A stretch of DNA of 64,000 bases, from assembly GCA_902524955.1 (NCBI GenBank), contig CABZEY010000002.1, positions 56,391-120,390 on the forward strand, given 5' to 3'. A program made the position numbers and the translations under genes. Below, piece by piece: positions 51,937-63,005 of this stretch; the first letter of the stretch is position 1; the number at the start of each line of letters is the position of its first letter. This DNA is from an uncultured Pelagibacteraceae bacterium. GTDB taxonomy: Bacteria; Pseudomonadota; Alphaproteobacteria; Pelagibacterales; Pelagibacteraceae. The notes beneath the pieces were generated by a model. That model was not told the DNA's origin. It worked only from the letters and a program-made list of their open reading frames with translations, and ran no database searches.

Positions 51937-54224
51937 TTACTATTTAAAATCTTTTCTGATTTTTCTGATTTAGTAAATTTTTTGTAAATAAAAGTTATTT
52001 TTTCATTTTTAGCATCAACTTTCACGTGTCCACCATCTACAAGCTTACCATGAATAATTTCATCTGCTAAATTCTTTCTTATATGTTCATCAATAAATCT
52101 TGAAATAGGCCTTGCACCCATCGTCTGCGAGTAGCCTTTTTCACAAATCAAATCATTTGCAGAATTTGAGAGTTCAATTATTACATCTCTTGCATTTAAT
52201 TGCGTCTCTAATTCTAATATAAATTTACTTACAATTTGTTTGATAATTGTTTTATCTAATCGGTTAAAGGTTATAATTGAGTCTAATCTATTTCTAAATT
52301 CTGGACTAAAAACCTTATTGATTGTTTCTTGATCTATTTTATCATTCTTTTTATTTGAAAAACCCATCTGATCTTTTTCAAGTTCAGAAGCGCCAATATT
52401 ACTAGTTAAAATTAAAATAACATTTCTAAAATCAACATTTTTTCCATTTTGATCCTTTAACTTTCCATAATCCATAATTTGAAGAAGAATATTAAATATA
52501 TCTGGATGAGCTTTTTCAATCTCATCAATTAACAATACACAATATGGATTTTTTTCTATTGATTCTGATAATTGACCGCCTTGATCAAATCCAACGTAAC
52601 CAGGTGGTGAACCAATTAATTTTGATATAGTGTGTTTTTCACTAAACTCAGACATATCAAACCTAATTAATTCTACTCCTAAAATGATTGATAATTGTTT
52701 TGCTAGCTCTGTTTTTCCAACTCCTGTTGGTCCATTAAATAAATAATTTCCTATAGTTTTTTCAGAATTTCTTAAACCAGATCGTGAAAGTTTGATTGAA
52801 GAACATAACGCATTCACTGCGTGGTCTTGTCCATAAATTAATCTTTTTAAGTTTTTGTCTAAATCTTTTAAGTAATATCTATCATTTGAAGTAATACTTT
52901 TTTCAGGAATTTTAGTTATTTTTGCAACAATTTTCTCAACATCATTTTGATCAAGTATATCTTTTTTATCCTCTTGTACTTTTAAATTTTCAAATGCACC
53001 AAGCTCATCCAGAATATCTATTGATTTATCTGGAAGTCTTTTGTTTCCAATATATTTTGCTGATAAATCAACTGATGCTTTTACAGCTTCGTCACTGTAT
53101 TTAACTTTATGATACTCTTCATATTTGCCCCTTAATCCAAACATAATCTTATAAGCTTCTTCAACGGAAGGTTCAGTAACGTCAATTTTTTGAAATCTTC
53201 TCTGCAATGCCCTGTCTTTCTCAAAATTTGATCGATATTCAGAAAAAGTTGTTGAGCCAACACACTTAATTTTACCAGATTGTAAGGCTGGTTTTAACAT
53301 ATTGGCAGCATCCATAGAATTTCCAGTGGTAGTTCCTGCTCCTACTAATGTATGAATTTCATCTATAAATAAAACATAATTTTCATTATTTTCTATTTCA
53401 TTTATTATTGTTTTTAATCTTTCCTCAAAATCACCTCTGTATCTTGTTCCTGCTAATAAAGATCCCAAATCCAAGGAAAATATTGTAGAATTTATTAAAG
53501 GATTAGGTACATCTTTATTAACTATTTTTTTGGCCAATCCCTCTACAATTGCTGTTTTGCCTACACCAGGATCACCTACTAATAGTGGATTATTTTTAGT
53601 CCTCCTGCATAAAATTTGGGCCATACGATTAACTTCTTCTTCTCTACCGATTAAAGTATCTATTTTATTATTAGAGGCTTTAAGATTGAGGTTAATACAA
53701 AAATTGTCAAGCGCTGTCTTCTCACTGACTTTCGATCCTGCTTTCTGCCCTTGTTCAAAATTTTCAGTGTAAGTAAAATTTTCTATTTTAGTTATGCCAT
53801 GTGAAATAAAATTTACTACATCATATCTTGTAACCTCTTGTTCTTGTAAAAAATAAGTAGCATGACTTTCTCTCTCAGCAAAAAGAGATACCAGTATGTT
53901 TGCTCCAGTAACCTCAGATTTTCCAGATGACTGGACGTGAACTATGGATCTCTGAATTACTCTTTGAAAACCTGCTGTAGGTTGAGGGTCTGATAACTTT
54001 TCTGAATTAACGATGTTATCTAGTTCATTATCAATATAATGCTCTAAATTTTCTCTTAACAATCCAATATCAACACTACAGGCTTTCATAACATTAACAG
54101 CATCTTCTTCATCCATTAAAGAAAACAACAAATGTTCAAGAGTAACATATTGATGATTTTTTTCTGATGCTAAAGCAAAAGCATTAGAGATTGACTTTTC
54201 TAATGATTTTGTAAAAGTTGCCAT
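51933..54224 (-). CDS. clpA: ATP-dependent Clp protease ATPase ClpA
   Basis: PQPT.GFQRV.QR, two AAA modules GDPGVGKT and GPTGVGKT, LIGSPPGYVG; adjacent clpS. Confidence 0.96.
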   Translation of the reverse strand: MATFTKSLEKSISNAFALASEKNHQYVTLEHLLFSLMDEEDAVNVMKACSVDIGLLRENLEHYIDNELDNIVNSEKLSDPQPTAGFQRVIQRSIVHVQSSGKSEVTGANILVSLFAERESHATYFLQEQEVTRYDVVNFISHGITKIENFTYTENFEQGQKAGSKVSEKTALDNFCINLNLKASNNKIDTLIGREEEVNRMAQILCRRTKNNPLLVGDPGVGKTAIVEGLAKKIVNKDVPNPLINSTIFSLDLGSLLAGTRYRGDFEERLKTIINEIENNENYVLFIDEIHTLVGAGTTTGNSMDAANMLKPALQSGKIKCVGSTTFSEYRSNFEKDRALQRRFQKIDVTEPSVEEAYKIMFGLRGKYEEYHKVKYSDEAVKASVDLSAKYIGNKRLPDKSIDILDELGAFENLKVQEDKKDILDQNDVEKIVAKITKIPEKSITSNDRYYLKDLDKNLKRLIYGQDHAVNALCSSIKLSRSGLRNSEKTIGNYLFNGPTGVGKTELAKQLSIILGVELIRFDMSEFSEKHTISKLIGSPPGYVGFDQGGQLSESIEKNPYCVLLIDEIEKAHPDIFNILLQIMDYGKLKDQNGKNVDFRNVILILTSNIGASELEKDQMGFSNKKNDKIDQETINKVFSPEFRNRLDSIITFNRLDKTIIKQIVSKFILELETQLNARDVIIELSNSANDLICEKGYSQTMGARPISRFIDEHIRKNLADEIIHGKLVDGGHVKVDAKNEKITFIYKKFTKSEKSEKILNSN

Positions 54225-54226
54225 AA

Positions 54227-54526
54227 TTATTTAATTATACATTTAAGCGGTTGATGATTTATATTTGAATAATTATGAATCTTCTTTTGAATAGTCTTTG
54301 CAACATCAATTGGGTATAAACCACATACTGCAGACCCTTCATTGTGAACTTTAAGCATTAACGAATATGCTTGTGATTTTGTTTTATTTAAAAACATTAT
54401 TAAAATCTTAACAACAAAATCCATAGTTGTAAAATCATCGTTTAATAATATTAATTTGTAAAATTTAGGATGTTTATTTATTTTACTTTCTTTTATTTTT
54501 TCAGCTATATCAAGCTTTTTTATCAT
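54227..54526 (-). CDS. clpS: Clp protease adaptor ClpS
   Basis: LLNDDFT.MDFVV, MLKVH.EG, HQPLKC. Confidence 0.93.
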   Translation of the reverse strand: MIKKLDIAEKIKESKINKHPKFYKLILLNDDFTTMDFVVKILIMFLNKTKSQAYSLMLKVHNEGSAVCGLYPIDVAKTIQKKIHNYSNINHQPLKCIIK

Positions 54527-55817
54527 TTAACGACCTCCCAATAGAATAATAAATAATATTTTTATTTGAAAAACTACTAGCTTGATATAAATTCCTCATG
54601 TCAAAAATCATCAATTTCTTAGATTTTACTTTACTAAAATTTAAAGATCTAAATTCGTCCCACTCAGTATGAATAACAACTAAATCATTATTAATTAAAA
54701 TTTCATCAGAATTTTTTTTATACTTTAAATTTTTCAATTCTTTTTTTTCACCTGTTGGGTCGTAATAAGAAATCTTTACACCTTTTTTTAAAAGTTTAGG
54801 AAATATTTTTAGACATTGAGTATCTCTCATGTCATCAGTATTAGCTTTGAATGTTACTCCTAAAAAACCTACTTTTTTATTCTTAGGTTTTCCTAATATC
54901 TCAATAATTCTATCCGCTAATATTGATTTTCTCTTTTCATTACTTTTAATTACGGTTTTAACTACAGTCATGTCTGTTTTAAATTTATCGCCAATCTTGA
55001 TTAGTGCTTTAGTATCTTTTGGAAAGCAAGATCCACCGTAAGCAGGTCCCGCACGTAAAAATCTTGATCCAATTCTTGCATCTGTCCCAATTCCTAAGGC
55101 AATATCATCTACGTTTGAGCCAACCACTTCACATAAATTTGCAATTTCATTTATAAAAGTAATTTTAGTGGCTAAGAAAGCATTAGCTGCATATTTTATT
55201 AATTCTGAACTTCTTCTTGTGGTTGCTATAAATTTTGCACCTTTTTTTGTTATTGGTTCATACAGTTTTTCGAGAACTAATTTTGTTTTTTTTAAATTAT
55301 TTGAACCAACTACAACCCTATCAGGATACCTAAAGTCTCTAATAGCCTCTCCCTCTCTCAAAAACTCAGGATTAGATACAACATCAAATTTAGAGATTGA
55401 ATTATTTTTTTTAATTATTTTTTCAACTTCATCTCCAGTACAAACAGGCACAGTAGATTTTGTAATTATGATTTTATATTTATTAATGTTCTTGGATATT
55501 ATTTTAGCTACTGCATAAACATTTTTTAAATCTGCCGAAACACCATCTTTGGCTGTTGGTGTTCCAACCGCAATAAAAATTATATCGGAATCTTTAATTG
55601 CTTTATTTATATCTGATGTAAAAAAAAGCCTTTTTGACTTATAATTTCTAATAACTAGTTCATCTAAACCAGGTTCAAATATTGGAATAATTCCTTTTTT
55701 TAAGTTTTCAATTTTTTTTTTATTGTTATCTACGCATATTACTTTGTTTCCGAAATCAGCAAAAAGCACCCCTGAAACTAAACCAACATAACCTGTACCA
55801 ATAAAACAAATTTTCAT
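54510..55817 (-). CDS. ugd: UDP-glucose 6-dehydrogenase
   Basis: GTGYVG, AVGTP, KSTVP, NPEFLREG, YGGSCFPKD, FK.NTDD.R. Confidence 0.95.
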   Translation of the reverse strand: MKICFIGTGYVGLVSGVLFADFGNKVICVDNNKKKIENLKKGIIPIFEPGLDELVIRNYKSKRLFFTSDINKAIKDSDIIFIAVGTPTAKDGVSADLKNVYAVAKIISKNINKYKIIITKSTVPVCTGDEVEKIIKKNNSISKFDVVSNPEFLREGEAIRDFRYPDRVVVGSNNLKKTKLVLEKLYEPITKKGAKFIATTRRSSELIKYAANAFLATKITFINEIANLCEVVGSNVDDIALGIGTDARIGSRFLRAGPAYGGSCFPKDTKALIKIGDKFKTDMTVVKTVIKSNEKRKSILADRIIEILGKPKNKKVGFLGVTFKANTDDMRDTQCLKIFPKLLKKGVKISYYDPTGEKKELKNLKYKKNSDEILINNDLVVIHTEWDEFRSLNFSKVKSKKLMIFDMRNLYQASSFSNKNIIYYSIGRSLNDKKA

Positions 55818-56611
55818 TATTTATTAATATCTATAAACGATTTTATATAACCATTCATTGTTCCACAGTCTAAATACTTCCCTTTAAACTTACAACCATA
55901 AAAGCTTTCTTTCAGTAACATTGCATTCATAGCATCAGTAATTTGAATTTCGCCCAACTTTCCACTTTTTTGTTTACTTAGAAATTTAAAAATTGATTTG
56001 CTCAACAAATATCTGCCGATAATAGCATATCTTGAGGGAGCGTTTACTATTGATGGCTTTTCAATCATTTTATTGATTTTAAATTTTTTATTATTCGAAA
56101 ATCCTGCTATTCCATAACGTGTTACTTCTTTTTTTGAAACTTTTTTTAAAGCTAGCACAGATGATTGTTTTTTTTTATTAATTGTTATCAATTCTTTTGT
56201 ACAATTTTTACCTTTTATAATATCATCTGGTAAAAGTAATAAAAAATATTTTGACTTAATATGCTTTTTAGCACACATAACTGCGTGTCCTAAACCTTTT
56301 GGTTTATCTTGGTAAACAAACTTAATTTTACTAGATATACGATTTAAATAAATTAATTTTTTTAAAATTTCTGGTTTGTTTTTTACAGCCTTTTCTAAAA
56401 TTTTATTTTTTACAAAATATTTCTTTATTACATTTTTGTTTTTTGAAATTATAAATATGACCTGTTTGACACCAGCACTGAAACATTCATCTAATATATG
56501 TTCCAAAATTGACTTGGACCCTAAAGGCCATAGCTCTTTAGGCAGTGCTTTTGTCAAAGGAAGCATTCTTGTACCTAGTCCAGCAAGTGGTATAATCGCT
56601 TGTTTAACCAT
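55817..56611 (-). CDS. galU: UTP-glucose-1-phosphate uridylyltransferase
   Basis: AGLGTRMLP.TK..PKE, GLGHAV, LPDD, IEKP, IGRY, EIQITDA, DCG. Confidence 0.93.
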   Translation of the reverse strand: MVKQAIIPLAGLGTRMLPLTKALPKELWPLGSKSILEHILDECFSAGVKQVIFIISKNKNVIKKYFVKNKILEKAVKNKPEILKKLIYLNRISSKIKFVYQDKPKGLGHAVMCAKKHIKSKYFLLLLPDDIIKGKNCTKELITINKKKQSSVLALKKVSKKEVTRYGIAGFSNNKKFKINKMIEKPSIVNAPSRYAIIGRYLLSKSIFKFLSKQKSGKLGEIQITDAMNAMLLKESFYGCKFKGKYLDCGTMNGYIKSFIDINK

Positions 56612-56627
56612 AAAAATTAAATTCTAA

Positions 56628-57431
56628 ATGAGAATTATAAAAAAATCTAAAGAAATAAATTCTGTTTTCAACAGTATAAAAGAAACTGGTTTTGTTCCAA
56701 CGTTGGGTTCTTTGCATAAAGGTCATGAGTATTTAATAAAAAAATCAGTAAAACAAAATCGTGTCACTTTTGTGAGTATTTTTTTAAATCCTAAGCAATT
56801 TAATAATAAAAAAGACATGGAGAAATACCCTAAAAAACTTAGCGATGATATAAAAATTTGTAAAAAAAATAAAGTTGATTATTTATTCATTCCCTCCTTT
56901 GAAGAAGTTTATTCTTGGAAAACTAAAAAAAGAAGTTTTCCAAAAATACAAAAAATTATGGAGCATAGGTACAGAAAAGGACATTTTATTGGTGTCCTTA
57001 AAGTGATAGAAAAACTAATAGATATAATACCTGCAAGTAGATTATATTTAGGAGAAAAGGATTTTCAACAACTTAAAATAATAGAAGATTATTTTAAAAT
57101 TAATAAAATTAAAACTAAAATAGTAAAATGTAAAACCATAAGAAACAATGACGGTTTGGCACTATCATCCAGAAACAAGTTGCTTAAAAACAGCGATTTA
57201 AAAAAGGCAGCAGATATTATAAATTTTATTAAGAAAGTTAAATTTATAAAATATTCACTTGCCCAAAAGAAAAAATGTATAATACAATTTTTAAAAAATA
57301 ATAAAATTTCTTTTGATTATGTTGAGTTTATAAATTTAAAAAAATTTACAACTTTAGAAAAACAGTCACGTTACATGAGGATATTTATTGCTTTTTATAT
57401 CAGCAAAACAAGATTAATTGATAATATTTAG
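56628..57431 (+). CDS. panC: Pantoate-beta-alanine ligase
   Basis: GFVPT.G.LHKGH, SIF.NP.QF, R.GHF.GV, GEKDFQQ, GLALSSRN, RLIDN. Confidence 0.95.
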   Translation: MRIIKKSKEINSVFNSIKETGFVPTLGSLHKGHEYLIKKSVKQNRVTFVSIFLNPKQFNNKKDMEKYPKKLSDDIKICKKNKVDYLFIPSFEEVYSWKTKKRSFPKIQKIMEHRYRKGHFIGVLKVIEKLIDIIPASRLYLGEKDFQQLKIIEDYFKINKIKTKIVKCKTIRNNDGLALSSRNKLLKNSDLKKAADIINFIKKVKFIKYSLAQKKKCIIQFLKNNKISFDYVEFINLKKFTTLEKQSRYMRIFIAFYISKTRLIDNI

Positions 57432-58804
57432 ATACCCAAAATAAAACTTGCTAAACCTAAGAAAGATAGAAATCCTATTACATCAGTCACTGTTGTTACA
57501 AAAACTGTTGATGCTATTGCAGGATCGATTTTGTATTTATTTAATAAAATAGGGATAATTATTCCAGACAAACCTGCAAATACCATATTAATAATCATTG
57601 ATACACCTATCAATATAGCAAGTTTCAATTCATAAAACCAAATATAAACAAATGCAGCAGAAATTGTTGAAAACAATAAACCATTTAAAAGACCAACAAA
57701 AAATTCTTTATTTATAATTTTAAATAAGTTGTCAGCTATTAATTCTTTAGTAGCTAATAATCTAACTGTCACAGCTAATGTCTGGGTAGCTGCATTTCCA
57801 CCCATAGAAGCAACAATTGGCATTAATATTGCTAAAGTAACAACCTTTTCTATGTTTCCATCAAATAATTCAATTACATGTGAAGCAATAACAGCAGTAA
57901 ATAAATTTATGAACAGCCACATAAACCTTTTTTTTGTAATTTTTAATGCATTATCTGTAATTACTTCATCTTGGACACCGGCTAATTTTAATCTATCTTC
58001 CTCTGCTTCCTCTTTAACTACAGTTAAAATGTCGTCTGCAGTTATCATTCCTATTAAATTCTTGTTTTTATCAATGACACCAGCTGATACTAAATTATAT
58101 TGTTCAAACAAATTTCCAACTTCCTCTTTATCCATATCGCCATTAATTAAAAATGAAGTTTCGTCCATAATGGTATTCATTTTAATATTTCTTGGGTTTC
58201 TTAAAACTCTAGATGATGGTACAGAACCGATGAGTCTTCCCTCATTGTCTACGACAAAAATTTGTAAAAACTCTTTTGGTAAATCCTCGTTTTCTCTGAG
58301 ATAGTCTATTGTTTCTCCCACTGTCCAGTTAGGTAAAACAGAACAATATTCAACTTGCATTAATCTTGCTGCAGAGTCTTTTGGATAGATGTTTAATACT
58401 TCTTCAATTAATTGCTTATCCTTGGAAGGAATCTTCTCATATACTTCAATCTTCTTTTCTTCATTTAAATTCGAGACTATTTGTAAAGCATTATCTGATT
58501 CTAATTCGTTAACTATCCTGACAACTATATTAGTGGGTAAATTATTTAAAATATCTTTCTGAAGTGTATTATTTAGTTCAACTAGAATATCAGCCTTAAA
58601 GTCAAATGTTTTTAGTGAAAGTAAATCAATTCTTGATTTTTCAGGTAAATTTGACAAAGCTTCTGCCGCATCAGATGGGTGTAATTTGAGTAGAGTGCTG
58701 TTTATTTCATTTGTCCTTTTTTCATTGATAAGTGTAATTAAATTATCAATATAATCTTTTGTAACTTCAAATGCCTTATTTTCTATCGTTTGTTTATTTG
58801 ACAT
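57428..58804 (-). CDS. mgtE: Magnesium transporter MgtE
   Basis: LHPSD, CBS pair, PIVASMGGN, DPAIAS..FVTTVTD. Confidence 0.95.
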   Translation of the reverse strand: MSNKQTIENKAFEVTKDYIDNLITLINEKRTNEINSTLLKLHPSDAAEALSNLPEKSRIDLLSLKTFDFKADILVELNNTLQKDILNNLPTNIVVRIVNELESDNALQIVSNLNEEKKIEVYEKIPSKDKQLIEEVLNIYPKDSAARLMQVEYCSVLPNWTVGETIDYLRENEDLPKEFLQIFVVDNEGRLIGSVPSSRVLRNPRNIKMNTIMDETSFLINGDMDKEEVGNLFEQYNLVSAGVIDKNKNLIGMITADDILTVVKEEAEEDRLKLAGVQDEVITDNALKITKKRFMWLFINLFTAVIASHVIELFDGNIEKVVTLAILMPIVASMGGNAATQTLAVTVRLLATKELIADNLFKIINKEFFVGLLNGLLFSTISAAFVYIWFYELKLAILIGVSMIINMVFAGLSGIIIPILLNKYKIDPAIASTVFVTTVTDVIGFLSFLGLASFILGI

Positions 58805-58833
58805 AATAATAAATTCTTTTAACAAATCTTTAA

Positions 58834-59463
58834 ATGAAACTCGAAATAAAAATAAGCAAAAAACCTGTAGAATATCAAAATGCTATTGAATTTCTTGAAA
58901 AACGTGTAATAAAAATACAAAATAAAGAATCAAGAAACTTGCTATGGATACTTGAACACTCAAACTTATATAGCGCCGGTACTTCTGCAAAAGAAACTGA
59001 CTTATTAAAAAAAAATAAATTCCCAATTTATAAAACAAATAGAGGTGGACAATGGACATTTCATGGCGAAGGTCAAAAAATAATATATTTTGTATTAGAT
59101 TTGACATCAGAAAAAAATATTAAAAATTTCATAAGAAATATTGAAAATTGGATAATCCAAGTTTTAAAAAATTATAATATACAGTCCTCGAATGATCCTG
59201 ATAATATCGGAATTTGGGTTGAAAATAATAAAAATTTAGAGAAAATTGCAGCTATAGGCATCAGAGTAAAAAAATGGATTGCATTTCATGGCTTCTCGCT
59301 AAATATAAACGTAAATAAAGATAATTATAATGGTATTATTCCGTGTGGCATAAATAACAAAGGAATTGCAAATATGTCTGATTTTATTAATCTAAATAAC
59401 TTAAATAATATCAATGATATTATAATTTCAGAGTTTAAAAAAACTTTTCCAAATATGTTTTAA
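58834..59463 (+). CDS. lipB: Octanoyltransferase LipB
   Basis: LEH...Y.AG, RGGQWTFHG.GQ, KIAAIG, HGFSLN, I.PCG. Confidence 0.95.
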   Translation: MKLEIKISKKPVEYQNAIEFLEKRVIKIQNKESRNLLWILEHSNLYSAGTSAKETDLLKKNKFPIYKTNRGGQWTFHGEGQKIIYFVLDLTSEKNIKNFIRNIENWIIQVLKNYNIQSSNDPDNIGIWVENNKNLEKIAAIGIRVKKWIAFHGFSLNINVNKDNYNGIIPCGINNKGIANMSDFINLNNLNNINDIIISEFKKTFPNMF

Positions 59464-60295
59464 AATTTTTTGGAATTCTTGCCTTATATTTTTTTACTTT
59501 ATTATTATATTCAAATTCGATTTCGTAACTTAATAAACATAAAGGGCTTTTATTTCTTTTGTCTCCATATTTTGCATCTCCAACTACAGGATGACCAATA
59601 TCAGAAAACTGTTTCCTAATTTGATGCTTTCTACCAGTTATTAAATCTATTTCTAAATAAGAAAAATTATTTCTTTTTGATATAACTTCAAAGTAAAGTT
59701 TAGACACAATTTCTTTTCCATTTAAATTATCTTTACTATAAAGCTCACCTTTGTTTTTTTTGATTTTTCCATTTAGGATAGTTAAATATTTTTTTTTTAT
59801 TTCTCTTAGTTTAAACATCTCAGAAAATTTTTTCGCATAAAACCGATTTTTGGCAATCAGCATTAAACCAGTGGTTTCCTTATCTAATCTATGAACAATG
59901 TGATAATTATTCGAATTAAGATTTAAAATATCTATTACATTTTTTTTTACTTTAGACCCATCTTGAGAAGCATAACCATAGGGCTTATTTAAAATACAAT
60001 AATCATTGCATTCAAAAATAAAATTTTTTTTTAGTTCATTATAATCAATCGTAGAAAAATTTTTTTTTTGTGAAACGTTTTTTATTTTAAAATCAATATA
60101 AACATCGACAATATCATCTATTTTCAGTTTAAATAAATTTTTAACTTTTTTATTATTTACAGTAATTTTTTTTTTTCTAAAATTTTTTTCAAACAAGGAC
60201 TGAGGAATATTTGGGAATTGCTTTTTAAGGAACCTATCTACTCTGGAACCTTCAAAATCTTTATTTACAACAAAAGATTTGAGGGGTTTTTTCAT
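59435..60295 (-). CDS. RluA/RluC-family pseudouridine synthase
   Basis: S4 domain R.DRFLK, NKP.G..SQ.G, VHRLDKETTG, TGRKHQIR, P.VGD.KYG. Confidence 0.93.
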   Translation of the reverse strand: MKKPLKSFVVNKDFEGSRVDRFLKKQFPNIPQSLFEKNFRKKKITVNNKKVKNLFKLKIDDIVDVYIDFKIKNVSQKKNFSTIDYNELKKNFIFECNDYCILNKPYGYASQDGSKVKKNVIDILNLNSNNYHIVHRLDKETTGLMLIAKNRFYAKKFSEMFKLREIKKKYLTILNGKIKKNKGELYSKDNLNGKEIVSKLYFEVISKRNNFSYLEIDLITGRKHQIRKQFSDIGHPVVGDAKYGDKRNKSPLCLLSYEIEFEYNNKVKKYKARIPKNFKTYLEKFF

Positions 60296-60666
60296 GCTAT
60301 AATTTTAACTATTTTGTAACCAATATAAAATAAAATCAAGCTCACAATTATTGATAAGAATAAATAAATAAAAAGATTCAAATAATTTCCAGTTTTTAAT
60401 AAATTAAAAACTTCATATGTGAAAGCCGAAAAAGTAGTAAATCCTCCTAAAAATCCAAAAACTATAAAGGATCTTAATTCATTGCTTAATAATTGTTTTT
60501 CAAAAAGAGAGGCTACGATACCAATTAAAAAAGATCCTATTAAATTTACAATAACAGTACCAATTGGAAAATTGATAAAAGTTATTTTTGGAGTTATTTG
60601 GATTAAGATGAATCTGAACAAACTTCCTATTGCTCCAAAAAAAGCAACAAGAACTAAATTACTCAT
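60292..60666 (-). CDS. crcB: Fluoride channel Fluc/CrcB
   Basis: GA.G...R, P.GT..VN..GSF..G, GFLGGFTTFSAF. Confidence 0.93.
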   Translation of the reverse strand: MSNLVLVAFFGAIGSLFRFILIQITPKITFINFPIGTVIVNLIGSFLIGIVASLFEKQLLSNELRSFIVFGFLGGFTTFSAFTYEVFNLLKTGNYLNLFIYLFLSIIVSLILFYIGYKIVKIIA

Positions 60667-61115
60667 TATTTTTTATCTTTTTTTGCTTCGACTTTATCTT
60701 TTTCTTTATTATCTATTTTTTTTTGTGAAGGCCCAGAGTCTTGACCTTTAGCATTGAAATCTTTATCAACTAATTCGATAAAAGCCTTTGGAGCATTATC
60801 TCCATATCTATAACCCGATCTTATAACTCTTGAATAGCCACCATTTCTTTTTTCATACCTCTTTATTAAGGTTGTGGTAATTTTCTTTACGTTATTTTGA
60901 TCTTGTAACTTAGAGATTAGTATTCTTTTAGACGACAATGTATTTCTCTTACCTAATGTAATGATTTTATCAATTGCAACTTTTAACTCTTTTGCTTTTG
61001 GTAATGTTGTTTCAATTTGCTCATGCTTTATTAATGCATTCAGCATATTTTTAAATAAAGCTTTTCTGTGCTCAGAAGTCCTATTTAATTTTCTAGTTGC
61101 AATCTTGTGCCTCAT
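60666..61115 (-). CDS. rplQ: 50S ribosomal protein L17
   Basis: MRH....KLNRTSEHRKA, TTLPKAKE, R.GGY.R, R.GD.A...IEL. Confidence 0.97.
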   Translation of the reverse strand: MRHKIATRKLNRTSEHRKALFKNMLNALIKHEQIETTLPKAKELKVAIDKIITLGKRNTLSSKRILISKLQDQNNVKKITTTLIKRYEKRNGGYSRVIRSGYRYGDNAPKAFIELVDKDFNAKGQDSGPSQKKIDNKEKDKVEAKKDKK

Positions 61116-61117
61116 AA

Positions 61118-62134
61118 TTATTTATATTCGTCTTCTAATTTTTTTGATAATTCTGCAATATTTTCTGGTGGCCAATTAGGTATTTCTATCCCGAGATATA
61201 AAGACATTCCGGACAAAACCTCTTTAATTTCATTTAATGATTTTCGTCCAAAGTTTGGAGTTCTGAGCATTTCCCCTTCAGTCTTCTGAACCAAATCTCC
61301 AATGTAAATAATGTTATCATTTTTCAAACAATTCATAGACCTTACAGATAGTTCAAGCTCATCAACACGACGTAGTAAATTTTTATTAAATTCAGGCTCA
61401 GATTTTGTTTGCTGAACAACTGCTTCTTTTGGTTCTTCAAAATTTATAAACATTCCGAGTTGATCTTGAAGAATTCGTGCAGCATAAGCAACACAATCTT
61501 CAGCATCAACCGATCCATTTGTTTCCACTTCCATAGTTAATTTGTCGTAATCAATTGACAAACCTTCTCTTGTTTCAGAAATATTATAAGAAACTCTTTT
61601 GACTGGACTATACACTGAGTCAACAGGTATTAATCCTAATGGTGAATCTTTTTCACGATTTTTTTCTGCAGGAACATAACCTTTTCCAGTGTTTACTGTT
61701 AACTCCATATAAATTTTAGTGTTATCATCAAGATTGCAAATAGCTTGTTCTGGATTTAATATTTCAATATCGGCACTATCTTTTAAATCTTTAGCTTTAA
61801 TTTCTCCAGGGCCTTGACAATCTAAAATTAGTTTCTTTGGTCCAGGGTTTTTTAGTTTTAAAGATAAAGCTTTGATATTTAGCACAATATCTGTAACATC
61901 TTCTCTTACTCCGTTTATAGATGAAAACTCATGAAGCACTCCGTCTATTTGGATAGCTGTAACTGCTGTTCCTTGAATTGAGGATAATAATATTCGTCTT
62001 AGAGCATTACCAAGAGTTAAAGCAAATCCTTTTTCCAAAGGCTCTACAGTAATTTTAGCATAACTTTTATCATTACTTGTTTCAACATTAAGTTTTGACG
62101 GTTTAACAAGTTCTTTCCAATTTTTTTCTATCAA
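61118..62134 (-). CDS. rpoA: RNA polymerase alpha subunit
   Basis: [41 protein letters not shown]; TTG start with GGAGG SD. Confidence 0.98.
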   Translation of the reverse strand: MIEKNWKELVKPSKLNVETSNDKSYAKITVEPLEKGFALTLGNALRRILLSSIQGTAVTAIQIDGVLHEFSSINGVREDVTDIVLNIKALSLKLKNPGPKKLILDCQGPGEIKAKDLKDSADIEILNPEQAICNLDDNTKIYMELTVNTGKGYVPAEKNREKDSPLGLIPVDSVYSPVKRVSYNISETREGLSIDYDKLTMEVETNGSVDAEDCVAYAARILQDQLGMFINFEEPKEAVVQQTKSEPEFNKNLLRRVDELELSVRSMNCLKNDNIIYIGDLVQKTEGEMLRTPNFGRKSLNEIKEVLSGMSLYLGIEIPNWPPENIAELSKKLEDEYK

Positions 62135-62155
62135 GTTCTCCTCCTTTTAATTTCT

Positions 62156-62563
62156 TTAAACTCTTCTTTTTTTTGGTGGTCTGCATCCATTATGTGGTAT
62201 TGGACTTGTGTCTTTTATAGATATTATTTTAAATCCTTTCGCTTGCAATGCGCGCAAAGCAGTCTCTCTTCCTGAGCCAGGGCCTTTAACTTCAACATCT
62301 AAAGTCTTTAATCCATATTCAGAGGCTTTTGCTGCGGCATCGTCAGCAGCGACTTGAGCTGCATACGGTGTTGATTTTCTAGATCCTTTAAAACCTTTTG
62401 ATCCAGATGAAGACCAAGATAATACATTTCCGTTTTTATCAGTTATTGAAATTATAGTGTTATTAAATGTGGCATTTACGTATGCTTTTCCAGCAGTCAC
62501 AATTTTTTTCTCTTTTTTCTTACTTTTAAATTTAGTTTTTTTTTTAATATCTTCTTTGCTCAT
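62156..62563 (-). CDS. rpsK: 30S ribosomal protein S11
   Basis: [39 protein letters not shown]. Confidence 0.98.
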   Translation of the reverse strand: MSKEDIKKKTKFKSKKKEKKIVTAGKAYVNATFNNTIISITDKNGNVLSWSSSGSKGFKGSRKSTPYAAQVAADDAAAKASEYGLKTLDVEVKGPGSGRETALRALQAKGFKIISIKDTSPIPHNGCRPPKKRRV

Positions 62564-62946
62564 TATTTTTTTGCCAACGTTAACTTTTTACCAGCAATCG
62601 CCACGGCTTTTCCTTTTCTAGTTCTTGCATTTGAAGAAGTTCTTTGTCCTCTTACCGGTAGTTTTTTTCTATGTCTTACTCCCCTATATGTTCCTAAATC
62701 TCTTAACCTCTTAATATTTAATGATATTTCTCTACGTAGATCACCCTCAACAGTATATTTTTCGTCTATCAATTCTCTTATTTTTAAAACTTCGTCATCA
62801 GTTAAATTATTTACCCTCTTTGATTTTTCTATTTTCAGTTCATCGCAGATTTTTTCAGCATAATGATCACCTATTCCATAAATATATTGTAAAGCAACAA
62901 ACACTTGTTTGTTAAGTGGAAGATTTACACCAGAAATACGCGCCAT
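62563..62946 (-). CDS. rpsM: 30S ribosomal protein S13
   Basis: MARISGV, IYGIG, VEGDLRR, YRG.RH...[15 protein letters not shown]. Confidence 0.98.
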   Translation of the reverse strand: MARISGVNLPLNKQVFVALQYIYGIGDHYAEKICDELKIEKSKRVNNLTDDEVLKIRELIDEKYTVEGDLRREISLNIKRLRDLGTYRGVRHRKKLPVRGQRTSSNARTRKGKAVAIAGKKLTLAKK

Positions 62947-62975
62947 AGTAGATTGCCTTATTTTAAAAACGCTGG

Positions 62976-63003
62976 ATTATAGTAATCCAACTTACAAAGT
63001 CAA
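62976..63003 (-). promoter_or_regulatory. Putative sigma70 promoter of rpsM (alpha operon)
   Basis: TTGACT-16 nt-TATAAT in the adk-rpsM spacer. Confidence 0.6.
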
Positions 63004-63005
63004 CT

